Shown one piece after another: positions 7,707 to 15,748 of a stretch of 32,000 nt of DNA (the stretch's first letter is position 1; every line of letters begins with the position of its first letter). The notes under the pieces are model-generated. The model saw nothing but the letters and a program-made list of their open reading frames with translations, was not told the origin of the DNA and searched no databases. Made by a program: the position numbers and the translations under genes. Source of the DNA: an uncultured Nitrososphaerales archaeon (GTDB taxonomy: Archaea > Thermoproteota > Nitrososphaeria > Conexivisphaerales > UBA164); contig CAYFJA010000009.1 of the NCBI GenBank assembly GCA_964343315.1, positions 878 to 32,877 of the forward strand, written 5' to 3'.

Positions 7707-10700
7707 CTACTTCCTTACAAGAGGGAGCTGGAGCTTTAGCTTCTGAGATAGCTCATCTATTATCTCGTCCAGAACGTCCACATAGTTCACTTTTCCGCTT
7801 TCTATCTCGTCCATCTTAGCCTCAAGCTTTGAGGTGACGCTTTCGTCAACCAGCTCCCCAAAGTTATCTTTTAAGTACTGGAAGGCTGATGTTCCCAGCT
7901 TAGTTGGAACGAGCTTTTTTCTTTCGCCGCTGAGAATAGCATACTTTCTGTTCAGAATCGTCTGGATTATGGTTGCGTATGTGCTCGGCCTTCCGATCCC
8001 TCTCCTCTTCATTTCATCTACGATGTCCCCTTCAGAGTATAGCTCAACCTTCCTGAACTCATAGAAGTTTTCAAGCTTAACTTTAGCTTCCTTAAGATTG
8101 ATGGGCTCGTACAGCTCCCTGTAAATTTGAAGCACCCTTGTAAATCCGTCAAAAACGACTCCTATCGGAAGCTCCAATGGGTTGGGCTCAACCTTTACTT
8201 CAGAACCATCTTTTTCTGCTTTCAGGCTTATTATTTGCTTTCTTATCAAAGCGGCCGGCATCTGGCTGGCTATGAACCTCTTAAATATCAAATCATAGAG
8301 AGCGTAGTGCCTCCAAGTTATTGCTACCGGCGTGTAAATAAGGCCCTGCTGCAGGTAATTTTTAAGGTCCTGAGAAGATAGCGGCTTGGTTGGCCTTATA
8401 GCTTCGTGGGCCCCTCCTTCTCCCCACTTTCTCGGATAAAAGTACTGCTTCTCGTCCAGCCCGAGCACCTGCGTTATGTACGTCTTAGCCACAGCTATAC
8501 CTGCGTCAGAAACCCTAGTGCTGTCGGTCCTTGGATAAGTTATGAACCCAGCCTCAAACAGGTCCTGCAAGGTTCCGGCCGTCTCTTCCGCGGACATCTT
8601 AAGTATGTTGGCAGCGTCCCTCAGCACTTCGCTCATCGTGTAGGGCGGGGGCGGGTTGACCTTTTCCTCGGATACTTCTGAAGAAACTAACGAGACCTTA
8701 ATTTCATCGCCTATGGCCAGCCTAACGTTGTCTGGGTAGAACTTTAAGAAGATCCCTTCTAGCTTTCCCCCGTAAGCCCTTACGAGGTTGCTCTTAGAAT
8801 TGTACTCCTTATACCTTTCAATTATCCAGCCTAATACGGGCGTCTGAACCCTCCCTGCGCTCAGGTTTCTGTTGGGCCTGTCGCACCCGCTTCCGAAGTT
8901 CTTAAGACAGTACTCCCTCCAAAATTCTGTTTGAAGCCTGCTAGAAAGCTCAAAGCCAAGCCACCTGTCGTCTAAGCGCCTTACTACTTGAGCCTTTACT
9001 AGGTTTTCGTCAACAGACCTCGACTCGCTTATAGCCTTAAGCAGCGCAGGCTTTGTGACTTCGTGGAACTCAACCCTCTTTATGTTCCTGTTAAAAGGCC
9101 TCAGGAGGCTGTGAACGTCCCAAGCTATCTTTTCTCCTTCAGTGTCTGGGTCTGTTCCTACCAAGACGGTGTCTACAGCGAAGGCTAGCCTTTGAAGAGC
9201 CAAGATTATGCTCGTCTTGTCCCTAATGATCTTCCCTCCGCAAACAGGGCACACGCTTCCAGCCGTTGTAACCTGATGCCCGTTTTCGCATTCTTTTATG
9301 CTTGCGTAGTGCGGAACATATTCTCTCCTCTCGTTCTTATAAATTTCTACGCCGTGATAGCCTATTTTATCTAGAGTTAAGTCCACAACGTGGCCAGCGG
9401 TGTAAGCTATGCTGAGGAGGTTTCCGCTGACGACCGTTTCAAACACGACTATCCCTTCCCTAATGGTTATAGCAGGCCTTGAGAAGAAGTTCGCTATGGT
9501 TTTAGCTTTGTGAGGAGACTCGACTATCATCAGCATCGAAGAAAAGCTTGAAGTTCTGGCCGTGACTTCTACCCCCTGCTCAGCAACGACCTCTTTCCTG
9601 TCTCTATCTATCTTTTCTAAAATCTCTTTTATGTTAACCTCTTCTGGCTTCTTCCACTCAATGCCAAAAGTTATTGAAGATATCTTCTTGAAAAGCTGAA
9701 ACAAATTCTGATCGTCCACATACAGCCAGCTGAGGCCAAGGGTGTTTCCCCAAGACCTCATCCTCGAGGTCCTACCGCTGGCCTGAATGTAGGTTATTAT
9801 GTCCGGCACGTAGACATATCCTTCTTTAACGACGGCGCCTATAGCTGAGCCAAGCTTTTCTAAAAAGCTTTTGTCCTTAAGCGCTTCGTTAACTACGTTG
9901 TAGGCTGACGCTATGTATTGGTCTTCTATCTCACCCTCCTTTACCTTCTTCGCCAAAACTTGGAGGGCCGCTGGGCTGAGCCTAGTTATCTTTCTTCTTA
10001 TTATAGAGGCCAGCTTGTTTATTTCTGGCTTGTTAACGTAGAGGGCGTAAGAAGTTAAGATCCTAGTCATGAGGACCGGGTGCATCCTTTCGCCTATCTT
10101 AAACTTAAACCTGGGTATCCCTACGAAGATGGCGTACCTTATCTTTTCAGGTATATCAATGCCTCTTACTAGGGTTCCGTAGTGGGTCGCAACGCCCACT
10201 AAAACCTTATAAACTCCCTTTTTGAACTCTTCAAGGACCTTAACGTTCTTCCCGCTGACTGGCGCGGCGCTTACCCCTGCTTCCGTAAGCTTTTTGCTCA
10301 GCTCTTCTGCGTATTCAGACCCAAGGTCAGGGGCAACGAATATCAGGCCGCCTTCCCCTAGCTCGTTTACCTTCTGCTTTATAGCTTCAACAAGATCCTG
10401 AGGCATGTCTTCATAAACGTCTACCACGTTCCTAGGATAGGAGCCCGGCGATCCAGGCCTAAAGCCCATTAATACAAGGAAGAGGGGGCTAGACCTGGTT
10501 ATCGTTCCCGAAGAGAAAACCATCGTCCTCTTTATTGCCTTCTTCCTTATCTCAAGTATCTTCTGTAGGTCTATCTTTCTTTCGGTAAGTATTATCTTCC
10601 TTGCTTCTTCTATCTCTTCGTCGCTGAAGCCTGCTAGCCTTAGAACAAGCCTTATGCTCTTGTTCGACTTAAGCGCAGCGTCAACGTCGTCGACGAACAC

Positions 10701-11297
10701 AAATTTAAAGTCAAGGGGTTCTATCTCCTGATAGTGCAAGAACAGATATTTAGAAGTTATTACCGCAACGTCGGCGTCCTTTATTTCTAGATCTTTGCTG
10801 TTGTAAGTGTACACTTTGGGGCTAAGACCTAGCCTCTTCCCGTACTCAATAACCCTTTCAGCTGACTGCAGAGCGAGCGTTCTGGTTGGAACTATTATCA
10901 GAGACTTTCTCTTCTTGGATAGCTCATAAAGGGAAACAACAAGCCCGAACGTTGTCTTCCCTGCTCCCGGAGGCGATGTTATAGCAAAGTTTTCGTTCCT
11001 CAAGAACCTTATTGCCCAGAGCCTCTGGGCCCCAGATATGTTTGCTCCTACGGCCTTCCTGAAGAACTCCGAAAAAGCCTTGAGCTCCTTTATGACTTCA
11101 TAATCTTCCTTGAGCTTTTTAAGTGTGCCAAGCCTGTGCATCTCTTCAAGCATTTTTTCGTAAGTATACTCTCCTTCCTTTGGCAGACACTTCGAGCAGA
11201 CTAGGCCCTTCCTTAACCTTTCAGCCTCAATAGGGCCGCCGCAGTTTGGACAGTAAGCGTCAAAGACAGCGTTAAGCGCAACCTGACTATGGCTCAC
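7707..11297 (-). CDS. rgy: Reverse gyrase
   Basis: 1196 aa ORF. It has an N-terminal zinc finger (CPNCGGPIEAERLRKGLVCSKC), an SF2 helicase Walker A motif (SPPGAGKTT) and a VDDVDA box. The C-terminal half is topoisomerase IA, with a TOPRIM region (IVESPHKAKTI), a second zinc finger (CENGH...CPVCGG) and the catalytic Tyr motif GFITYPRTDS. The length gives no sign of an intein. Confidence 0.97.
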   Translation of the reverse strand: MSHSQVALNAVFDAYCPNCGGPIEAERLRKGLVCSKCLPKEGEYTYEKMLEEMHRLGTLKKLKEDYEVIKELKAFSEFFRKAVGANISGAQRLWAIRFLRNENFAITSPPGAGKTTFGLVVSLYELSKKRKSLIIVPTRTLALQSAERVIEYGKRLGLSPKVYTYNSKDLEIKDADVAVITSKYLFLHYQEIEPLDFKFVFVDDVDAALKSNKSIRLVLRLAGFSDEEIEEARKIILTERKIDLQKILEIRKKAIKRTMVFSSGTITRSSPLFLVLMGFRPGSPGSYPRNVVDVYEDMPQDLVEAIKQKVNELGEGGLIFVAPDLGSEYAEELSKKLTEAGVSAAPVSGKNVKVLEEFKKGVYKVLVGVATHYGTLVRGIDIPEKIRYAIFVGIPRFKFKIGERMHPVLMTRILTSYALYVNKPEINKLASIIRRKITRLSPAALQVLAKKVKEGEIEDQYIASAYNVVNEALKDKSFLEKLGSAIGAVVKEGYVYVPDIITYIQASGRTSRMRSWGNTLGLSWLYVDDQNLFQLFKKISSITFGIEWKKPEEVNIKEILEKIDRDRKEVVAEQGVEVTARTSSFSSMLMIVESPHKAKTIANFFSRPAITIREGIVVFETVVSGNLLSIAYTAGHVVDLTLDKIGYHGVEIYKNERREYVPHYASIKECENGHQVTTAGSVCPVCGGKIIRDKTSIILALQRLAFAVDTVLVGTDPDTEGEKIAWDVHSLLRPFNRNIKRVEFHEVTKPALLKAISESRSVDENLVKAQVVRRLDDRWLGFELSSRLQTEFWREYCLKNFGSGCDRPNRNLSAGRVQTPVLGWIIERYKEYNSKSNLVRAYGGKLEGIFLKFYPDNVRLAIGDEIKVSLVSSEVSEEKVNPPPPYTMSEVLRDAANILKMSAEETAGTLQDLFEAGFITYPRTDSTRVSDAGIAVAKTYITQVLGLDEKQYFYPRKWGEGGAHEAIRPTKPLSSQDLKNYLQQGLIYTPVAITWRHYALYDLIFKRFIASQMPAALIRKQIISLKAEKDGSEVKVEPNPLELPIGVVFDGFTRVLQIYRELYEPINLKEAKVKLENFYEFRKVELYSEGDIVDEMKRRGIGRPSTYATIIQTILNRKYAILSGERKKLVPTKLGTSAFQYLKDNFGELVDESVTSKLEAKMDEIESGKVNYVDVLDEIIDELSQKLKLQLPLVRK

Positions 11298-11328
11298 ACT
11301 ATAATTTTCATAAATTATAGTTATAAAC
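11298..11328 (-). promoter_or_regulatory. Reverse gyrase promoter region: a TATA candidate plus a perfect 10-bp inverted repeat abutting the start codon
   Basis: ACTATAATTT (11298-11307) and AAATTATAGT (11312-11321) are exact reverse complements separated by 4 nt. The minus-strand TTTATAA (11321-11327) is centred about 27 nt upstream of the GTG start at 11297. This implies a leaderless or near-leaderless mRNA with the palindrome lying over the transcription start. Confidence 0.4.
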
Positions 11329-11336
11329 TTTAAAAA

Positions 11337-12248
11337 TCAGTAAGTAAGCCTCTTGAAGAGGACGCTCAGAGCGTGCTCTAGCCTCACTTCTTTTGACTCA
11401 TTTACAGACGTTTGCAACTCGTTTACAACCTTCAAGGCTTCCAGAGCAACCTTTACGCCCAAAAGCTCATCTTCTTCGCTAACGTTGAACTCAATCTTCC
11501 CAGCTTCTTCAAAATATGGAGAAACTATGAGCAGAATGCTCCCAAACCCGATCCTTATGCCTTCTTCTCTAAGCCTGCTGGTGTAGAACTCGCTGAGCGT
11601 GGCCATTACAGAAGACTCCATGGAAGTTGAAAGGGCGCCCATGTATTCATAAGACTTTGACCTTGCTTCAATGACCCAAGGAGTTGACGATCTTCTCTCT
11701 GGATCCTCGTCAGCATATAGAGTATCCTTTGTTATTCCTGGTCCGAACCAGAACCTATCGGTCAAGTTTAGCCTTCCCACGGCCTCAGCTATAGAGATCA
11801 AAGTTAACACGTCAGACCTTGCGGGCCATTCTATAGGAGCTATCTTTAAAGTTGCTCCCTCATTTCTGACTATTCCAGTCTCAGCTACAAAGTCCCCGGG
11901 CTTAACGATCTTTGACCAGCTGCCTGCCGTCCCGACCCTTATGCTTGTTACCCTTTTTGATCTTTTATAGTCAACGTTTGACAGGTATTCGGTAAAGGCT
12001 ATTTCCGCGGATCCAGGACCCATCCCTGTGCAGAAGATTGTTACAGGAAGCGAATCGTATAACCCGTTGTAAACGTACAGCCCCCTGTTCTTGCTTATGA
12101 GCTCAGCGTTCTTTAAGAGGGATGCGGAAGCTTCTACCCTTTCAGGGCTACCAGCGTTTATCGAAAAAGGGCTCAAAGTCCCCTCTTTTGCCTTTAAGTG
12201 ATAAGACCTTCCTTCTTTGTCCCTGAAGACCCCTTCAAAGGCTGACAT
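11337..12248 (-). CDS. udp: Nucleoside phosphorylase of the NP-I (PNP_UDP_1) family, uridine phosphorylase-like
   Basis: 303 aa ORF. CTGMGPGSAEI...SIRVGTAGSW matches the family GMGxPS...(I/V)R(V/I)G(S/T)xG phosphate-binding core. GDFVAETGIVRNEGATLKIAPIEWPA resembles the Udp stretch GDVxVTTASVRLDGASxHFAP. SMESS corresponds to the E(M)ES ribose-binding motif. Confidence 0.75.
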   Translation of the reverse strand: MSAFEGVFRDKEGRSYHLKAKEGTLSPFSINAGSPERVEASASLLKNAELISKNRGLYVYNGLYDSLPVTIFCTGMGPGSAEIAFTEYLSNVDYKRSKRVTSIRVGTAGSWSKIVKPGDFVAETGIVRNEGATLKIAPIEWPARSDVLTLISIAEAVGRLNLTDRFWFGPGITKDTLYADEDPERRSSTPWVIEARSKSYEYMGALSTSMESSVMATLSEFYTSRLREEGIRIGFGSILLIVSPYFEEAGKIEFNVSEEDELLGVKVALEALKVVNELQTSVNESKEVRLEHALSVLFKRLTY

Positions 12249-12286
12249 AAGCTATCTTTAAGGCGCGCTCAGTATAACCTTTTTGC

Positions 12287-13597
12287 TCACGCGCTCTGAA
12301 GCTTTAACTTCCAAAGCTTTTCTTCTACCTTATCCCGCAGGCTTTGAGCCTCTTCTGTTATCTTTTCTTCATCTAACGTTAAAGCTCTTCCGTCCCTTAC
12401 TAATATTTTACCGTCAACGATAACGTGCTTAACGTCTCCCCCTGTAGCGTAGAAAACTATAGTAGTTGGATCGCCTAGAGGGAGCAAAGAAGGACCGGGC
12501 TTTAACGCTATTATGTCTGCGTTGTAGCCAACTGAAATTTTTCCAGACCCTTCTTCTTTTAAGGCTTTGTAACCGTTGACCGTTAGCATCTTAAGCAGGT
12601 CGTACGCGCTAACCTCTATGCTCCTGTAAGGAGAGCCGTAAAACCCGTTAAGAGCTGAAAAGGCTACTTTAGCCTCTGAAAGCATGTCGAGAGAGGTAAA
12701 GGCGCCGCCGTCTGAGCCTAAAGCAACGTTAGCCCCCTTCCTTAGCAGAGAAGCGACCTTAGGAAAGTTCATGTAAGGGTAATTGACGGAGGGGCAGTGG
12801 GCTACGTTTGTTTTGGTCTTAGCTATAAGATCTACCTCGTCTTCGCTTAAGAAGGCCGCGTGAGCAAGGACAAGGTTCTCACCAAGATAGCCCAAAGTGT
12901 TCAGAAGCTCAACGGGCCTGAGGTTCCACTTTTCTAAAGAGAATTCAACTTCAGAAACCTCTTCAGAGATGTGCATGGTTACCGGCACGCCTTTTTCTTT
13001 TGAAAGCCTGAATATGCCGTTCATCAGCTCGTCGCTGGCCAGCATTATTTGCCTTATCGAAAGCCAAGCCTTTACCCTTCCAGCTCTGTACTTTTCGATT
13101 AGCTTAAGGCTGTCTTCAACACCTCTCTCATATCCTTTAACCTTGTCCAAAGTGGACTGAGTTACCCTGGCCTTTATCCCGGCCTTTTCTGATACTTCAG
13201 CCAATATCTCAGGGTACGGGCCTCCAGCGTCCAGGTAGAGCACAGTTCCTTTTTTCAGCATGTTGAGGACAGATAGCTCAGCGCTCACCCTTGCTTCTTC
13301 TTCGCTAAGAGACATCTCAAAAGGTATCAAGACTTTAAGCCAGAAAGGGTGAACGGTTAAGCTTTTGCTGTTCACGAAGCCCCTTAGGAGCACTTGAAAG
13401 GCATGCGTGTGAGCGTCAACCAGGCCGGGCATTAAGATAAGGTCTTCTTCAAAAGAATCCTTAGCGTCAAACTTTAGGCTTTCGCCTACCGCATATATCT
13501 TTCCGTCCTTTACAGCAACCTGACCCCTGCAAAAAGGCTTAGAGTCGACCATAGTTATGCAGGTTGCGTTCTTAAACAGGACGTCGACCTCTTCCAT
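12287..13597 (-). CDS. mtaD: Amidohydrolase-superfamily nucleoside/nucleobase deaminase, MTA/SAH / 5'-deoxyadenosine deaminase-like (MtaD/DadD group)
   Basis: 436 aa ORF. It has the metal-binding motif PGLVDAHTHAFQVLLRG (HxH...LLRG as in MtaD), then MHISEE, VLAHAAFL, VAHCPSVN and ALGSDG. This is the full set of conserved strands of the ATZ/TRZ-MtaD subgroup. Confidence 0.8.
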   Translation of the reverse strand: MEEVDVLFKNATCITMVDSKPFCRGQVAVKDGKIYAVGESLKFDAKDSFEEDLILMPGLVDAHTHAFQVLLRGFVNSKSLTVHPFWLKVLIPFEMSLSEEEARVSAELSVLNMLKKGTVLYLDAGGPYPEILAEVSEKAGIKARVTQSTLDKVKGYERGVEDSLKLIEKYRAGRVKAWLSIRQIMLASDELMNGIFRLSKEKGVPVTMHISEEVSEVEFSLEKWNLRPVELLNTLGYLGENLVLAHAAFLSEDEVDLIAKTKTNVAHCPSVNYPYMNFPKVASLLRKGANVALGSDGGAFTSLDMLSEAKVAFSALNGFYGSPYRSIEVSAYDLLKMLTVNGYKALKEEGSGKISVGYNADIIALKPGPSLLPLGDPTTIVFYATGGDVKHVIVDGKILVRDGRALTLDEEKITEEAQSLRDKVEEKLWKLKLQSA

Positions 13598-13745
13598 GAT
13601 ATTTTTATTAAACCTCTAAAAAGATAAGCTTACCTAGTTACATAAGCTGCTCTGAACCTAGTTTTCGAGGCCTTAGATCAGCAAATTATATAATAACAGG
13701 TTAAACTAAAACAGAACGCTTATTAAAACATCTTAAAAATACTCA

Positions 13746-14750
13746 TTGATGGGTTTTAAAGAGCTCAGGGATAAAGTTTTTAAAAGCTTTAACTTTAACA
13801 CATCTTTCTCCCTCAAGTACAGCTCTGACGGCCTCAAAGTGTATGAAGGTGGAAAAAACACATATGTTTTAGATTCTGATGAAGCTAGAGAAATAGCTTG
13901 TTATCCTTTTGTAGTGGGAGAAAGGTTTGAGAGCCTGAATTTGTCCGCGGCCAAAAAGTTTGTCAGCTTTTTGGACCGCGAAGGCAAACTTTCTGATAAG
14001 ATCATCATGCAGCACGTGCTTAGGGCTTCTCTTGGATACAAGGTTCACGAAGCTTTAAGAGAGAAAGGGGTGAATTTTGTAGAGTCCTGGTACAGGCCCC
14101 TTTACAGGTACGTTTCGTTTAGAATGCACACGGTCAGAGAGCTAGTAATGACCTACGAAGAGCCCAAGCAGCTTCCCCAGGGTGAATACGTAGTTTTTAA
14201 GCCTGACACAGAAGCAACGGGCAACACGTCCCTTTTCGTATTAGAAAACCTGCTAAAAAAGTGCTCGAACAGCGGCTGCAGGATAAAGAAGGTGCTGTTC
14301 TACGGCTTTATATCTGAAGAATCCGTAAAAAAGCTGACTTCTTTCTTAGAAAGCTATAACATATCATCTGAATTCTATGCGCTAGAGAACCTGACGCCCT
14401 TGGCTTCAAACGGATACGATATGCCCCTTTACGGCTTAGACGAGCCGCTTTACAGGTCTGAGGGAAAGAAGGTTAAGCTTGCTGCTTCTGCCCCTGAAGA
14501 AGTAGTCGAAAGAATGCTACCCTGCTACTTCCCTGGGATGGACCAGCCCGGCGACTGGTCCGAGAGGCAGGTAAAGCTCTTTGACGGCTACAGCTGGAAG
14601 GAAGTTGACTTAAAGGTTCACGCAAAAAGGAGCCTCGAGGTGCTTAACAGCCTAAGGGAAATTAGCAAGAACGAGGATTGGTACGACGAAGCGCACGAAG
14701 AAATTTACAATAAAATTAGTAGCGAGCTCACTAAGATCTTAAGCCTTTGA
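13746..14750 (+). CDS. Divergent uracil-phosphoribosyltransferase-like (type I PRTase fold) protein with N- and C-terminal extensions
   Basis: 334 aa ORF. Several stretches match Upp motifs from memory. VLRASLG matches Upp [46 protein letters not shown] matches Upp [47 protein letters not shown] and a second [13 protein letters not shown] match Upp GYIIPGLGDAGDK. The core motifs are altered and the protein is about 120 aa longer than canonical UPRTases. Confidence 0.55.
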   Translation: [334 protein letters not shown]

Positions 14751-14999
14751 AAGTATCAGTATAGCGATTACTATTCCGTAGATAGCTACTGCTTCGCCCA
14801 GCGCTACCATTATAAGCGAGAAAGACCTTACTTCAGGCCTCTCTGGGTGCTCAGCTACCGCTGCGGTTGCTGCTGCTCCAGCTCCTCCTATCGCTATTCC
14901 TGCTCCTAGAGCTGCGAGCCCGAAAGCTATCCCTGCGCCTAAGGTTGCACCTAAACTCTGTAACGACTGAAAGGCTAAAAGCAGCAGAGTTAACAGCAA
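14739..14999 (-). CDS. atpK: A-type ATP synthase proteolipid subunit K (c subunit)
   Basis: 86 aa ORF with two Gly/Ala-rich TM helices (GAGIAFGLAALGAGIAIGGAGAA) and the conserved carboxylate in helix 2 (VALGEAVAIYG). The start is TTG at 14999-14997. It is the last gene of the atp cluster. Confidence 0.85.
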   Translation of the reverse strand: MLLTLLLLAFQSLQSLGATLGAGIAFGLAALGAGIAIGGAGAAATAAVAEHPERPEVRSFSLIMVALGEAVAIYGIVIAILILSKA

Positions 15000-15015
15000 T
15001 TCAGCTCACATATTA

Positions 15016-15144
15016 TTACTCTGTTGTCAATTTAAGCTTTTTTATGTATTCTTGCTTTAGCTCTTCGTAATCTTTGGTTATATTTTCGGCCATCTCTTTG
15101 TACTTTTTTTCAAGCTCCTTTAAAGCATCTTCAAACCCTTCCAA
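15016..15144 (-). CDS. Possible small ATP synthase-associated ORF (42 codons), a coiled-coil peptide between atpD and atpK
   Basis: Below the ORF-track size cut-off. My translation from the TTG at 15144 is (M)[41 protein letters not shown], with the stop at 15018-15016. It overlaps the atpD 3' end by 14 nt and ends 16 nt before atpK. An internal ATG at 15093 would give only 25 aa. It fills an otherwise unexplained 131-nt gap in a tightly packed operon. Confidence 0.3.
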   Translation of the reverse strand: MEGFEDALKELEKKYKEMAENITKDYEELKQEYIKKLKLTTE

Positions 15145-15748
15145 CCCTCTTCACCAACTTATCCCTTACCTTCTTTATCCTGTTGAGCTCTTCCCTGTCC
15201 CTTTCCTCCAAAGTTAAAGATAAAACGGCTATCCTTTTCTCTGTCTCAGGTATCACAACTTTTTCTAGCGCATTTATCAGCCTGTCAGTATCCCTCAGGT
15301 CTTTGATCAGCTTAAGCACAAAGGACTTTAGCCATGCTGCTGAAATCAAAGCCTCAATAAGCTCTTCGGCCTTCTCGTAAAAGTTCTGCTGAGCCCAGGT
15401 CGCAGGTATAGGTTTAACGGACTTTATAACTTCTGGCCTTGAGTATATCACGTCCATGAACCTTTCTTTGTTAACCTTAACCTCAAGCTTTCCCTGCATC
15501 AGCTCTGCTAGAGATTCAACTTCGGCTTGGCTGTGCTCTGAGATCAATATTGAATAAGCCTCGTAAGCTTCATCAAGCTTTTTCAAAAGCTTAGATAGAG
15601 AATGGGTTACTTCAGGGCCAACTTCAGATATCTTCTGTAATATTACGTCCTTTTTAGTAGTAAGTATCTTATCTACCTCTTTGACAGCCTCAAGCTCCTT
15701 CTTTTGCCTTAATAGCTCAGACTTTGACGTAACGTTTCTGAACGACAT
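15131..15748 (-). CDS. atpD: A-type ATP synthase subunit D (central stalk)
   Basis: 205 aa ORF. The N-terminus [33 protein letters not shown] matches the subunit D pattern (PT(K/R)xELLxLKxRLxxAxxGxxLLKxKRDxL). It has long coiled-coil termini and sits directly after atpB. Confidence 0.85.
   Translation of the reverse strand: MSFRNVTSKSELLRQKKELEAVKEVDKILTTKKDVILQKISEVGPEVTHSLSKLLKKLDEAYEAYSILISEHSQAEVESLAELMQGKLEVKVNKERFMDVIYSRPEVIKSVKPIPATWAQQNFYEKAEELIEALISAAWLKSFVLKLIKDLRDTDRLINALEKVVIPETEKRIAVLSLTLEERDREELNRIKKVRDKLVKRVGRV

Noticed and set aside
14002-14008. Other UGAUGA / C-box-like heptamers: minus strand at 14002-14008, plus strand at 22993-23000, and within atpB (~16322-16330) and proS (~30868-30876).
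   Set aside because: All are inside coding sequence. In atpB and proS they encode Met-Met/Asp-Asp type dipeptides. None has a correctly spaced D', C' and D box partner set.
14739-14750. A 12-nt convergent overlap of the 3' ends of the UPRT-like gene and atpK.
   Set aside because: Short tail-to-tail overlaps are common in compact archaeal genomes. It implies overlapping 3' UTRs, but nothing in the sequence indicates a specific regulatory role.
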